Origin: an uncultured Actinomycetes bacterium | GTDB lineage: Bacteria; Actinomycetota; Acidimicrobiia; IMCC26256; PALSA-610 | DNA length: 64,000 nt | Assembly (NCBI GenBank): GCA_963782465.1 | Contig: CAWAJR010000007.1 | Span: 279,558 to 343,557 of the forward strand | Direction: 5' to 3' | Made by a program: the position numbers and the translations under genes | The notes under the pieces: generated by a model | What the model was told of the DNA's origin: nothing | Database searches by the model: none | The model's input: only the letters and a program-made list of their open reading frames with translations | Shown: one piece after another, positions 19,499 to 29,805 of the stretch | Layout of the letters: each line of letters begins with the position of its first letter | Numbering within the stretch: the first letter of the stretch is position 1

Positions 19499-20287
19499 GT
19501 GAGCGAGCGGGGCTCGAGCGAGCGTGACTTCACTGTCGACGCGCTCGCGGTGCGCGTGTTCGACGACGACCGTGCGCTGGGTCGCGCCGCCGCGACCGAT
19601 GCCGCGACTGCGATCGCCGGCGCGGTCGCGGCGCGGGGAGTGGCGCACGTGATGTTCGCCAGCGGCAACTCGCAGTTCGCGTTCCTCGACGCGTTACTCG
19701 CGCGCAACGACATCGCGTGGCCGCAGGTCACCGCGTTCCACATGGACGAGTACGTCGGGTTGCCCCCGTCGCACCCCGCGAGTTTCCAGCGTTACATGCG
19801 GGAACGCATCACCGCGCGCGCACCCGTCGGCACGTTCCACTATCTGCAGGGCGACGCGCCTGATCCGGAGCAGGAGGCGGCCCGTTACGCGGCCTTGCTC
19901 GCCGCGCACCCGCTCGACCTGTGCTGCCTGGGGATCGGTGAGAACGGCCACCTGGCCTTCAACGACCCGCCGGTCGCGGATTTCGACGACCCGCGCGACG
20001 TGAAGATCGTCGAACTCGACGCCGCGTGCCGACGGCAACAGGTCGGTGAAGGCCACTTCGCCGGGTTCGACGACGTGCCCGCGCATGCGATCACGGTCAC
20101 GATCCCCGCCTTGCTGCGCGCCGAGCGCGTGCTCGCGATCGTGCCCGAAGCGCGCAAGGCACCGCCCGTGCGCGCCGCGCTCGAAGGCCCGATCACCACC
20201 GCGTGCCCCGCGTCGGGGCTGCGCCGCAAGGAACGGGCAACCCTCTACCTCGACGGCGAATCGGCCGCGCTGCTCCCGGCCCGATGA
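19499..20287 (+). CDS. glucosamine-6-phosphate deaminase / 6-phosphogluconolactonase family protein
   Basis: VMFASGNSQFAFLDAL ... TAFHMDEYVGL ... LCCLGIGENGHLAFNDPP matches NagB/Pgl family motifs. The start is uncertain because of alternative GTGs inside a short repeat. Confidence 0.8.
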   Translation: MSERGSSERDFTVDALAVRVFDDDRALGRAAATDAATAIAGAVAARGVAHVMFASGNSQFAFLDALLARNDIAWPQVTAFHMDEYVGLPPSHPASFQRYMRERITARAPVGTFHYLQGDAPDPEQEAARYAALLAAHPLDLCCLGIGENGHLAFNDPPVADFDDPRDVKIVELDAACRRQQVGEGHFAGFDDVPAHAITVTIPALLRAERVLAIVPEARKAPPVRAALEGPITTACPASGLRRKERATLYLDGESAALLPAR

Positions 20288-20312
20288 CGCTGCCCTCAGC
20301 GGACAGGCCGGG

Positions 20313-20987
20313 ATGACGCAGCCGCGCCCGCGCCACGACGACGCGCGCTACAGCGAGGTGTTGCTGCTCCCGACCCTGTCGCAGTTGCGCCGCCGCCTCC
20401 CGCCGTTGCTCGCCGGGATCACCGGGATCGGTGTCGGGATCGGGCTGTCGGTACGCGCCCGCTTCGGCCTGTCGCCGTGGGACGTGCTGCACCAGGGCAT
20501 CGCGCGGCAGGCGAACCTGTCGATCGGTGTGGTGGTGATCCTCGTCGGGCTCGTCGTGCTCCTCGCGTGGGTGCCGTTGCGGCAACGGCTCGGGATCGGC
20601 ACGGTGATCAACACCGTGTGCGTCGGCCTGGTTGCCGATGCGACGCTCGCGGTCGTACCCCACCTGGAGGCCGTGGTCGTCCGGCTCGCCGCGTTCGTCG
20701 CGGCGCTGCTGTGCATGGGGTTCGGTGGTGGCCTCTACATCGGTGCGGGGCTCGGTCCCGGTCCCCGCGACGGGTTGATGACCGCGATCACCGCGCGCGG
20801 TCACCGCTTGTGGGTGGTGCGCACCTCCATCGAGTTGAGCGCGCTGGTGGCGGGGTACGCGCTGGGCGGCAGTGTGGGCGCCGGCACGGTCGTGATCGCG
20901 CTGTCGCTCGGGCCACTGATCCATCTCGCGCTGCGGCGGTTTCACCTCCCGGTGCACACGAGCACGCAGGAGACGCTCGGCGAATGA
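20313..20987 (+). CDS. YczE/YitT-like integral membrane protein
   Basis: Five to six hydrophobic segments, with LSVRARFGLSPWDVLHQGI typical of this family. ATG 20313. Confidence 0.6.
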   Translation: MTQPRPRHDDARYSEVLLLPTLSQLRRRLPPLLAGITGIGVGIGLSVRARFGLSPWDVLHQGIARQANLSIGVVVILVGLVVLLAWVPLRQRLGIGTVINTVCVGLVADATLAVVPHLEAVVVRLAAFVAALLCMGFGGGLYIGAGLGPGPRDGLMTAITARGHRLWVVRTSIELSALVAGYALGGSVGAGTVVIALSLGPLIHLALRRFHLPVHTSTQETLGE

Positions 20988-21958
20988 GGGTCGCGGTGAT
21001 CGGGCGGGGGTTCGGTGCCCGGGTGGTCGCGCCGGTGTTCGCCGCCACCGAACGGTGCGAGATCGCCGGCGTCGTCTCGGCACGCGACCCGGATGCGGTC
21101 GGTACGCTCGTGCGGCGCGCCGATGTCGATCTCGTCTGCGTGCACTCGCCGCCTTTCCTGCATGCTCGCCACGTGCAGGCTGCGATCGCGGCCGGCAAGG
21201 CGGTGTTGTGCGACAAGCCGTTCGCGCTCGATGCGACGGAAGCGGCCACGCTCCTCGACGCGGTCGAGCAGGCCGAGGTGCTGCACGTGTGCAACTTCGA
21301 GTTCCGGCGCGAACCCGCGCGTGAGATGGTTGCCCAGATCCTCCGCAGCGGCGAGATCGGTACGGCCGAGCACGTCACCTGGACGCATCTCAGCGCCGGC
21401 AGCCGCGTGCCGTTACGACCCTACGGCTGGTTGTTCGACGCGGCGCGTGGCGGTGGTTGGGTCGGCGCGTGGGCTTCGCACGCGGTCGACGCGTTGCGCC
21501 ACCTGTTCGGCGAAGTCGACTCGGTACTGAACGCGACCCGGCGCATCGACGTGATCGAACGACCCGACGAGCAGGGCGTGCCGCGCCGGTGCAGTGCCGA
21601 AGATGCGCTCACCGCGACGCTGATCGTGGGAGGTGCGGTGACGGTGTCGATCGACAGCGGCTTCGCGCTCGGTGTGCCGGTGCCGCCGCGCCTGACGGTG
21701 TTCGGCACCGAAGGTGCGATCGACTGCACGGGCAACGAGCGGGTGGTGCTCCGGCGCCCCGACGGCTCGACCGAGGAACGGTTCCGCGCCGAGCGCGAAC
21801 CCGGTCGCGATCGTCACCACGTTGCGATGCAACGGTTCGCGACCGACGTACGCGACGCGTTCGAGAACGGTGCGCCACTGCCCGGGATGCCGACCTTCGC
21901 CGACGGCCACGCGTGCGACCTCGTTCTCGACCAGCTCCGCGCCGCTCCCATCATCTGA
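20984..21958 (+). CDS. Gfo/Idh/MocA family oxidoreductase
   Basis: ATGA overlap with the upstream stop. MRVAVIGRGFGARV ... VCVHSPPFLHARHVQAAIAAGKAVLCDKPFAL is the classic N-terminal Rossmann region. Confidence 0.85.
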   Translation: MRVAVIGRGFGARVVAPVFAATERCEIAGVVSARDPDAVGTLVRRADVDLVCVHSPPFLHARHVQAAIAAGKAVLCDKPFALDATEAATLLDAVEQAEVLHVCNFEFRREPAREMVAQILRSGEIGTAEHVTWTHLSAGSRVPLRPYGWLFDAARGGGWVGAWASHAVDALRHLFGEVDSVLNATRRIDVIERPDEQGVPRRCSAEDALTATLIVGGAVTVSIDSGFALGVPVPPRLTVFGTEGAIDCTGNERVVLRRPDGSTEERFRAEREPGRDRHHVAMQRFATDVRDAFENGAPLPGMPTFADGHACDLVLDQLRAAPII

Positions 21959-21965
21959 CCCGCCA

Positions 21966-22011
21966 GGTTGTGAGGTTTGTGCGACCGTAAGGGTGCACAA
22001 ACCTCACGACC
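21966..22011. repeat. family-2 intergenic hairpin, copy B (between convergent genes)
   Basis: GGTTGTGAGGTTTGTGC-12 nt-GCACAAACCTCACGACC forms a 17-bp stem with one G-U. It sits between the stops at 21958 and 22028. Confidence 0.8.
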
Positions 22012-22027
22012 ATCACGACCCGGCGGG

Positions 22028-22747
22028 TTATTCGGTGGGGTGGCCGGTACCGCCGAGGTCGGCGCTGAGGAGTTGCGCAGCTTCCTTGCTGCCGGCCGGG
22101 CCGTCGAACACCATCTCGCCGTCGTGCAGCCCGATGCAACGCGTCGCGTGCGCGAGCAGCGTTTGCTGGTGGGTCGACGCGACGACGGTTGCACCGACTT
22201 CTGCCGCTTCGAGCATCAACTCCACGATCGCGGCCTGACCGGCCGGGTCGAGACCGACGAACGGTTCGTCGACGAGCAGGATCCCGAAGGGCCGGATCAG
22301 ACCGATCGCGAGCATCGTCTTCTGGCGCAGGCCGCGACTGAAACGCGCCGGCAGGTCGTCGACGCGCTCCCACAATCCGAGCCGTTCGAGGAGTTCGGGG
22401 GCGCGCTCCTCCCACCCGACAGTGCCGTGCAGCGCGGCGACGTACGCGACGTGTTCCCACACGCTGAGGTCGTCGTAGAGCACGGGATTGTCGGGGATGT
22501 ACGACACCGCGGCGCGGGCGGGCATGGAGCCGGGCGCAGAACCGGCGACGCTCACCTTGCCGGCCGTCGGTTCGAGGATTCCCGACACGATGCCGAGCAG
22601 CGTCGACTTCCCGGAACCGTTGTGCCCGACGAGCGTGACGAGCTCGCCTTCGTCGATACTCACGCTGAAGTCGTTCAGCGCGACGACATCTTCGTAGTTC
22701 TTGGTGAGCCCTTGCGCGACGAGCGCGGGCCCGGGAGCAGTATTCAC
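22028..22747 (-). CDS. ABC transporter ATP-binding protein
   Basis: Walker A GHNGSGKST, signature FSRGLRQK, Walker B ILLVDEPFVGLD. The start directly abuts the upstream stop. Confidence 0.9.
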   Translation of the reverse strand: MNTAPGPALVAQGLTKNYEDVVALNDFSVSIDEGELVTLVGHNGSGKSTLLGIVSGILEPTAGKVSVAGSAPGSMPARAAVSYIPDNPVLYDDLSVWEHVAYVAALHGTVGWEERAPELLERLGLWERVDDLPARFSRGLRQKTMLAIGLIRPFGILLVDEPFVGLDPAGQAAIVELMLEAAEVGATVVASTHQQTLLAHATRCIGLHDGEMVFDGPAGSKEAAQLLSADLGGTGHPTE

Positions 22748-24314
22748 TCAATACCTCTTTGCACCGCGAGATCCGATGTAACCGATCGCCATGCCCGACA
22801 CGACGAGTATGGGGCCGATCGTCGCACTGGCCGCCGCGAACACGGGGTTCCCGTTGCGTTGCGCGTGCACGGCGAGCGCGAGGGGGAGGAAACCGGCGAT
22901 GGCGAGGCCCGGCGCGATCGCCTGGCGGGCGATCAGCAACGTGCCCATCATCTCCGGAAAGGTCATCAAGAACGGCGACCCGAGCGGCGGCGGGCCGAGC
23001 ACGATGCTCAACGACGCGCCCGCGATCGTTCCGACGATCGCCGTCACCGCGGTCGCGAGGGCGACGCCGACGGTGGTCGACGAGTGCCCACCGAACTCCA
23101 ACACGACCAGCGGGATCGCGGCGACCAACGCGAGCAGGCCGACCGGCGCCGCGAGATGCCAGCGCGTACAGCCATCCGGTGCTCACCGGGCGCGCGTCGA
23201 CGAGCGTCGGATGGTCGACCTCCTGGGCGAGACCTTCGCTCACGTCGAGCGCCGCGACGAACGTCGCGATCCCCGCGACGACGATCAGCGGCGTCGTGCC
23301 GAGCCACGCGCCGATCGACGCGGCGATCGCGATCGCGCTCAAGGTGAGGACACGGACGATCCGGCTCCCCGGCCAACGCATCATGGCGCTCCAGTCGCGG
23401 CGCCACACCGCCGCACGCGACCCGCGGGCACGGTGCCGCACCCACGGCTTGCGGCGGGGGAGCTCCGAGGCGAGCTGCCGGTGCAACAAGATGACGACGC
23501 GCAAGTCTTGCACCGTGGCGGCGAAGCGCAGTTGACCGACGAGGCCGGAGCGCCGGAGCGCGGCTTCGATCGAGACGCCGCCGATCGCGGCGAAGCCGGC
23601 CACGGCGAGGGCGATCGCGACGATCGGGCCTGCGACCGCGACGTACCGGGTACGGACGGCAAGCGTGGCGATCGACGCGATCCATGACGTCGGTGAGGTC
23701 GTGACGTGCAGCGCGAGGTCGAGCCCGGCCCACGCCACCAGGCCCGCGCCGATCAGGTTGGCCCGCGCCTTGGTGATGCGGTAGCCGGACGCGAGCGCGG
23801 CGACGCCCCACGTGCTCAGGCCGGCACACGCGCCGAACGCCGCGCCGTAGAGGATCCACGACAGGGCACCGCCGGGAAGGCGGCGGAACGCGAGGTTCCC
23901 GGCGATCGCGCCGAGCGCGATGCTCGACAGGGCCACGACCCGGAGCTGGCGAATGGCCGGCGCGCGCAAGACGACGTCGCGTTCGAGTGGCGCGAGCAGC
24001 AGATGGTGCACCTCGGCCGGCTGCAGCGCGTGCGGCCCCCCGCGGCTGCCGGAGCGCAGCGCCATCGCGAGCACGAACGCCAGCCCGACCGACACGAACC
24101 CGACGGCGTTGCGCTCGACCTGGACGACCGTGTGGTGCGACACGTGGGTGTCGCCCACGATCGCCGAGAGCAATACCACCGCCACGATCCCGAAGACGAG
24201 CACCATGTACGCGCGGTAGAGCGCGTCGATCCAGTCGACTTCTTCGACACGACGCTTGCGCTGCAACGCGCGCAGTTCGTGCAGCATCGCTTTCGATTGG
24301 TCGCGGTCGAGCAC
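22748..24314 (-). pseudogene. multi-pass membrane protein partnered with the ABC ATPase (putative permease), frameshifted as assembled
   Basis: GTG 24314 follows AGGAG. About 10 hydrophobic segments. The frame changes between STGWLYAL and HLAAPVGLLALVAAIPLVVLEFGG at about 23159-23162 (1 nt extra). The last 126 aa are ORF 22748-23128. Confidence 0.7.
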
Positions 24315-24354
24315 GGTGCTCCTGGACGGGGAACGGTTGTGCCGAGCGTACGGG

Positions 24355-27300
24355 TTACGGCGCCGCGGCGACGGTACGGGTCGCGAGCGTGAACACCCGT
24401 GACCAGCCGTCGCCGCTGATCCCGAGGGAGTGCAGCCGGGTATCGGCGTCGACCCGGGCCGTCGCGGCATGGGGATGGCCGCACGCCTCGAGGGCCACGG
24501 CACGAGCCAGCGAGGTGATGGCCTGATCGACCCGGGAATCGGTCGAGGCGGCGATCGCGTCGGCGGCGTCGAGCGCCGCGATCCCGGCTTCGGTGTCGCC
24601 CTGCTGGAGCAGGCCGAAACCTTCGCCCCACAGCCGCCACATCTGGTCGGAGTAGGTCCCGCCCCGCACCCGGGCGACATCGGCGGCGATGCGGCACGCG
24701 TCGTCGGCGCGCCCGGCCGCGGCGAACGCGATCGCCAGGATGCCGCCGAGCGCCGCGCGTGGCCGGAGTCGACGGCGAGCGCGAAGCCCGGCTCGAGGAA
24801 GGCCAGTGCTTCGTCGACCCGACCGTTCTGGATCAGCGCGGCGGCGAACGCGATGGCGCGGTCGCTGTTGCCCGTCTCGGTCAAGGTGATCGAGTCGACG
24901 AGGCCTTCGATGTTGTCGAGGGCGCGCGTCGCATCACCCATCTGCGCGGCGACGGCCGCGGCAACCGTCGGGCCGATCCGTTGGAAGCCTTTGTCGGCGA
25001 CCGTGTGCGCCGCCGCGTCGAGGTCGGCCAGCAGTTGCAGGTATTCGTCGAACCGGCCGAGCATGCCGAGCGCACGCGCGACCGGCGCGGCCGCCTGCAC
25101 TTCGCCCCAGCGGTCGTTCATCGCCCGGAACAGTTCGAGTGCTTCGGTGCCTCGCTCCACGCATTCGGCCGCGTGCCCCGTCCACAACGCGACGTTGGCG
25201 AGCAGCACGTTCATCATGCCGACGGCCCACCGGTTGCCGGTTTCGCGCCCCTCGACCACGATCTGCTGCGCGAGTTCGGCGGCTTCGTCGAGCCGGCCTT
25301 GGATGAACCGCACGTAGGCGAGCAACCCGAGCGCCCAGCCGAGGCCACCCCAGTCGCCGAGTTCGGCGAACATGTCGGCCGACTGGTGCAGCCGCGCTTC
25401 GGCGTCGCCCGTCGCGCCGCGGCTGAACGAGATCCACGCGAGGTTCTGCAACGCCCACGCCTCGCCCCGGCTGTCGTTCGACGACCGGAACGAGGCGAGC
25501 GCCTCGCGGATGAGGCGGTCGGCTTCGTCGAGTTCGCCGCGGAACAGGTTCGCGAACCCGAGGCCCCGCAAGGCGTTCGCGACGCCCGAGGTACGCCCGA
25601 GCCCGCGCCACTTCTGCGCGGCTTCGGCATAAGTGGCTTCCGCGGCGTCGTACTCGCCGGCGTTCACGTACACGTCGCCGAGCACGGTCAGCGCGGCCGC
25701 TTCGGTTTCGTCGTCGCCGAGTTCCTGCGCTTCTTCGAGCACGAGCATCGCGTCGTCGCGGGCACGGTCGAGTTCACGCTGGTGCGCGCACGACCGGGCG
25801 CGACCGAGCAGCGCGTTCCATCGCCGCGGCGACGGGACGTCGGGGATGAGTTGGAGCAACCGTTCGTGGAACCGCCCGGACGCGAGCCAACTCTCGACGT
25901 CTTCGGCCCGGGCTGCGGCCACGGTGAGCGCCTCGATCGCCTGCTCGACGATGTCGGGTGCGACGCCCGGCACCGATCCCAGTTCCTGTACGAGATCGGC
26001 CGCGGTGGCGAGATGGTTCGCGACGTTCTCCGTCGCGATGTCGCCCTGGGTCGCGAGTATCGGCGCGAGCGCCGCGTGGCGCCGGGCGCGTTCGGCCTTC
26101 GTGAGCCGGCGGTACGCGACGTCGCGGATCACCTCCGACTTGAAACGGAACTCGTCGTTTTCGAGCACGATCAGGTCGCGTTCCGCGAGCCGGCCGAGCA
26201 GCGCCTCGCCTTCGTCGTTGGCGACGAGCGCCAGCGCGCTGGTGATCGCTCCGGTGCCACCGACGATCGCGCAGTCTTCGAGGAGCGAACGTTCGGATTG
26301 GTCGAGCGCGTCGAGCCGTGCCGCGATGAGCCCGTGCAGGGTGGCCGGCAAGCTGTGCAACGCGTCGTTGTCGAGGTCGGGGAGCGCGCCGCCCTGCTCG
26401 GAGGAGTCGCGCACGAGCGCAGCGAGTTCCTCCACGAAGAACGGGTTGCCGCCGCTGCGCTCGAGGAGGAACGCCGCCATCTCGTCGGTGACTCCTCCGC
26501 AGAACAGCGCGTCGATCAGCTCGCGGGTCGCGCCGGCGTCGAGGGGGTCGAGGTTCGTCACCAGCACGTTGTGCCGGCCCGGTGCGGGCGACCAGCGCGC
26601 CTCGAAACCGGGACGCGCGGTACCGACCACGACGAGCGGGTGGCCGCGCAGCCGCGCGAGGAGACGATCGACGAACTCCAGTACCGGATCGGCGGCCCAG
26701 TGCAGGTCGGAGAGGGTGAGCACGATCGGTGCTTCCTCCGCGCACCCTTCGAGGAAGGTGATCGCCGCGCGCATCGCGTCGTCGCGGGCGCGGCCCGGAT
26801 CGACGTCGCGCCGCGCGACGCCCTCCATCACATAGAGGAGGCCGTCGACGAGACGTTCGGTTTCGGGTGATTCCACCGGCAAGGCGAGCGTGCGTACGAC
26901 GGCGTCGGTCACCCGCACGCGCCCGCCCGTGCCGTTGGCATTGCCGTCGAGCCCGCAGGCGTGGCGCAGTGCTTCCGCCAGCGGCGCGAACACGTTGCTG
27001 TCGCCGTAGGGCACGCACGGCCCGGCGAGGATGCGGGCGCCGTACTGCGCTCGGGCGTACGCCGAGAGTTCCGCCGCGAGCCGGCTCTTGCCGACGCCGG
27101 CGTCGCCGTAGAGCAGGACGAGGTGGGCCCGGCCACGCCGGGCAGCCCCGTCGACGACGTTGCGCAGCGCCGCCATCTCCTCGTCGCGCCCGACGAGCGC
27201 GGTCTTGCCGGTCGCTCGGTGCCCGGGTGGTGACGTCGCGACCAGCGCCGCGAACGCCTCGACCGGTTCCTCGCGCCCTTTCACCGTCAGCGCGCCGAGC

Positions 27301-27860
27301 GCTTCGTACCCGATCGCGCCACGGGTGGCCGCGTAGGTGGTGAACCCGACGAGCACCTGGCCCGGCTGGGCGACCGTCTGCAGGCGCGATGCGGTGTTGA
27401 CGACATCGCCCATCACGGTGGGGTCGCCGCCGGCGCGAAGCGCGCCGACGAGTACCTCGCCGGTGTTCACGCCGATGCGCATCTGTACCGCGCCGCCCGT
27501 CTCCTTGGTCAGGGCACTCAGCGTGTCGCGCATGCGCAATGCCGCGCGCACTGCGCGTTCGGCATCGTCCTCGTGGGCGATCGGCGCTCCCCACTGGGCG
27601 ATGATCTGGTCGCCGACGATCTTGTCGAGCCGGCCGCCGAACGCAGTGACGTCGCCGACGAGACGCTCGAAACATCGGTCGACGATGTTCTTGACCTGTT
27701 CGGGGTCCGCGGTCTCCGCCATCGAGGTGAATCCGACGAGATCACCCATCAAGACCGACACCAACCGCCGCTCGTCGGGCGCGGCGACGAGCCGCTGGCC
27801 ACATTCGGGGCAGAACCGCGCGCCGTCCGGCGCTGCGACGCCGCAAGCGGGGCAGGTCAT
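24355..27860 (-). pseudogene. zinc-ribbon / class III adenylate-guanylate cyclase / AAA ATPase / TPR multidomain protein, frameshifted near the 3' end
   Basis: MTCPACGVAAPDGARFCPECG (zinc ribbon), then VSVLMGDLVGFT ... GDQIIAQWGAP ... IGVNTGEV ... GDVVNTASR (cyclase), LLYGDAGVGKSRL and DLHWAD (AAA), then long TPR-like repeats. The last 104 aa continue in ORF 24355-24669. The junction lies in a GCGCG run at about 24754-24758 (1 nt missing or 2 extra). Confidence 0.85.
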
Positions 27861-28000
27861 GGAACAAACAGTACCGGCGCCCTGCGCGCGAACGCTCGGT
27901 GCCGGCATCGTCCCGGACACTCCGGGCACGACCGTTCAGATCGTGCGAGAGGGTGCCGACAAGGACGGGAAACGCGTGCTGGGCGGAGGCGAAGCATCGA

Positions 28001-29746
28001 ATGGACGCGGGGACCAACGGGACGACGATGCCGCACGCCGGGCCGGTGACGTCGTCGTTCGCCGTACTCGACTTCATTTCCGAGCCGGTATTCGTCGTCG
28101 CCGTCGAGGCGCTCGGCGCCCGCTCGCGGTTTCGGTGGGTGCACGCGAACGTGGCGTGGCGTTCCACCCTGCACCTCGCGCCCGGTGAACCGCTGGCGCC
28201 CGAGCTCGCCGACCATCTCGTTCCCGAACGGGCGGCCCGTCACCTCGCGTATTACGCCCGCGCGCTGCGTGACGGCCGGGTGCGCTTCGAGGAGCGGGTC
28301 GGTGAAGCCAACCGCCTCTACGTGTACGACATCTCCCCGGTGCGCGACGCGTCGGGGGCGTGCACGCACCTGATCGTGGTCGCCCGGGACGACACCGACC
28401 GCCGGGCCGTCGAAGCGCAGTTGCTCTACCAGTCGCGTCACGACACCCTGACCGGTCTGCCGAACCGCGTATTGCTCGTCGAACGGCTGCGGGAGTCGCT
28501 CCAGCACGGTGCGCGTACCCGCAGCCAGGTCGCGCTGCTCTTCCTCGACATCGACCACTTCAAGGTCGTGAACGACAGCCTCGGCCACGAGGCAGGCGAC
28601 GGGCTGTTCGCCGCGGTCGCGTTGCGCGTCGAGCGAGTGCTGCGCTTCGGCGACACGCTGGCGCGCTTCGGTGGTGACGAACTCGCGATCATCTGCACCG
28701 ACGTTTTCGACGTCGAGGAGGTCCACGGCCTCGCGAACCGGATCGCGGCCGTGTTCGACGAGCCGTTCGCGATCGACGACAGCGACGTGTACATGAGCGC
28801 GAGCATCGGTATCGCCCTCTCGGAGACTGCCGGTGATACCCCCGAGCGCCTCCTTCGCGACGCCGACGTCGCCATGTTCCGCGCCAAAGCGCTCGGCCGT
28901 GCCCGCATCGAGGTGTTCGACGACACGATGCGGGCCCGGGCGGTGGAACGGCTGGAGATCGAGAAATCGCTGCGTCGCGCGCTGGTCCGCAACGAATTCC
29001 GGGTGCACTACCAGCCGTTGGTGCAGTTCGACCGGTCGGAAGTGATCGGTTTCGAGGCGTTGCTGCGCTGGCAGCATCCCGAACGGGGCCTCCTCGGTCC
29101 CGGCGATTTCCTCGCCATCGCCGAAGAGACCGGGCTCATCGTGCCGATCGGCGCATGGGTGCTGCGAGAGGTCTGCCGCCAGGCGGCGTTGTGGCTGGAA
29201 GACGCACCCGACGAAGTGACCCCGCTCGGGTTCTCGGTGAACCTCTCGGCTCGCCAGCTCGCCCACCCCGACCTCGTCGCGACCGTCGCCGGTGCGCTCG
29301 CCGACAGTGGCCTGTCACCGCATCTCCTGGTGCTCGAGATCACCGAGAGCGTCCTCATGACCGACCGTGAACTCGCGGTGACGATCTTGCACGCGTTGCG
29401 GAGCCTCGGCGTGCGCTGCAGCATCGACGACTTCGGCACCGGCCAGTCGTCGCTCGGCTACCTGAAGACCTTGCCGGTCGACTCGCTGAAGATCGACCGT
29501 TCGTTCATCGACGGGCTCGGCACCAACCCCGACGACTCGGCGATCGTCGCCGCCGTCGTGCACCTCGGCCACGCCCTCGGGCTGAGCGTGACCGCCGAAG
29601 GCATCGAGACGCCGCTGCAACTGTCGGAGTTGCGCGCCCTGGGTTGCGATCTCGGCCAGGGCTTCTACTTCGCCCGCCCGCAACCGAGCGAAGTCGCCGG
29701 CGCCCTCGTCCACCACCGGCTCCGCTGGACCGCCCAGGTCGCCTGA
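28001..29746 (+). CDS. PAS-GGDEF-EAL signalling protein (c-di-GMP turnover)
   Basis: A PAS-like N-terminus, then DTLTGLPNR ... RFGGDEL (GGDEF with intact GGDEL), then EALLRW ... VNLS ... LEITE ... DDFGTGQSSL ... LKIDRSF ... AEGIET ... QGFYF (EAL). Confidence 0.9.
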   Translation: MDAGTNGTTMPHAGPVTSSFAVLDFISEPVFVVAVEALGARSRFRWVHANVAWRSTLHLAPGEPLAPELADHLVPERAARHLAYYARALRDGRVRFEERVGEANRLYVYDISPVRDASGACTHLIVVARDDTDRRAVEAQLLYQSRHDTLTGLPNRVLLVERLRESLQHGARTRSQVALLFLDIDHFKVVNDSLGHEAGDGLFAAVALRVERVLRFGDTLARFGGDELAIICTDVFDVEEVHGLANRIAAVFDEPFAIDDSDVYMSASIGIALSETAGDTPERLLRDADVAMFRAKALGRARIEVFDDTMRARAVERLEIEKSLRRALVRNEFRVHYQPLVQFDRSEVIGFEALLRWQHPERGLLGPGDFLAIAEETGLIVPIGAWVLREVCRQAALWLEDAPDEVTPLGFSVNLSARQLAHPDLVATVAGALADSGLSPHLLVLEITESVLMTDRELAVTILHALRSLGVRCSIDDFGTGQSSLGYLKTLPVDSLKIDRSFIDGLGTNPDDSAIVAAVVHLGHALGLSVTAEGIETPLQLSELRALGCDLGQGFYFARPQPSEVAGALVHHRLRWTAQVA

Positions 29747-29754
29747 ACCCCGCC

Positions 29755-29805
29755 CCGGTTGTGAGGTTTACACCCCCGTGTGGGGGCGTGAACCTCACAA
29801 CCCGG
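29755..29805. repeat. family-2 intergenic hairpin, copy C (between convergent genes)
   Basis: CCGGTTGTGAGGTTTACACCCCC-GTGT-GGGGGCGTGAACCTCACAACCCGG. It shares GGTTGTGAGGTTT with copy B and overlaps the last codons of the minus-strand DUF971 gene. Confidence 0.75.

Noticed and set aside
21951-27929. Single 1992-aa minus-strand ORF in the track
   Set aside because: It is a stop-free read-through typical of very GC-rich DNA. Only two segments of this frame are coding, and they belong to two different genes. One is the cyclase-AAA-TPR gene, from ATG 27860 down to its indel near 24756. The other is the permease, from GTG 24314 down to its indel near 23160. The cyclase tail, the permease tail and the ABC ATPase (22028-22747) are read in other frames, and the rest of this frame is Arg/Pro-rich nonsense.
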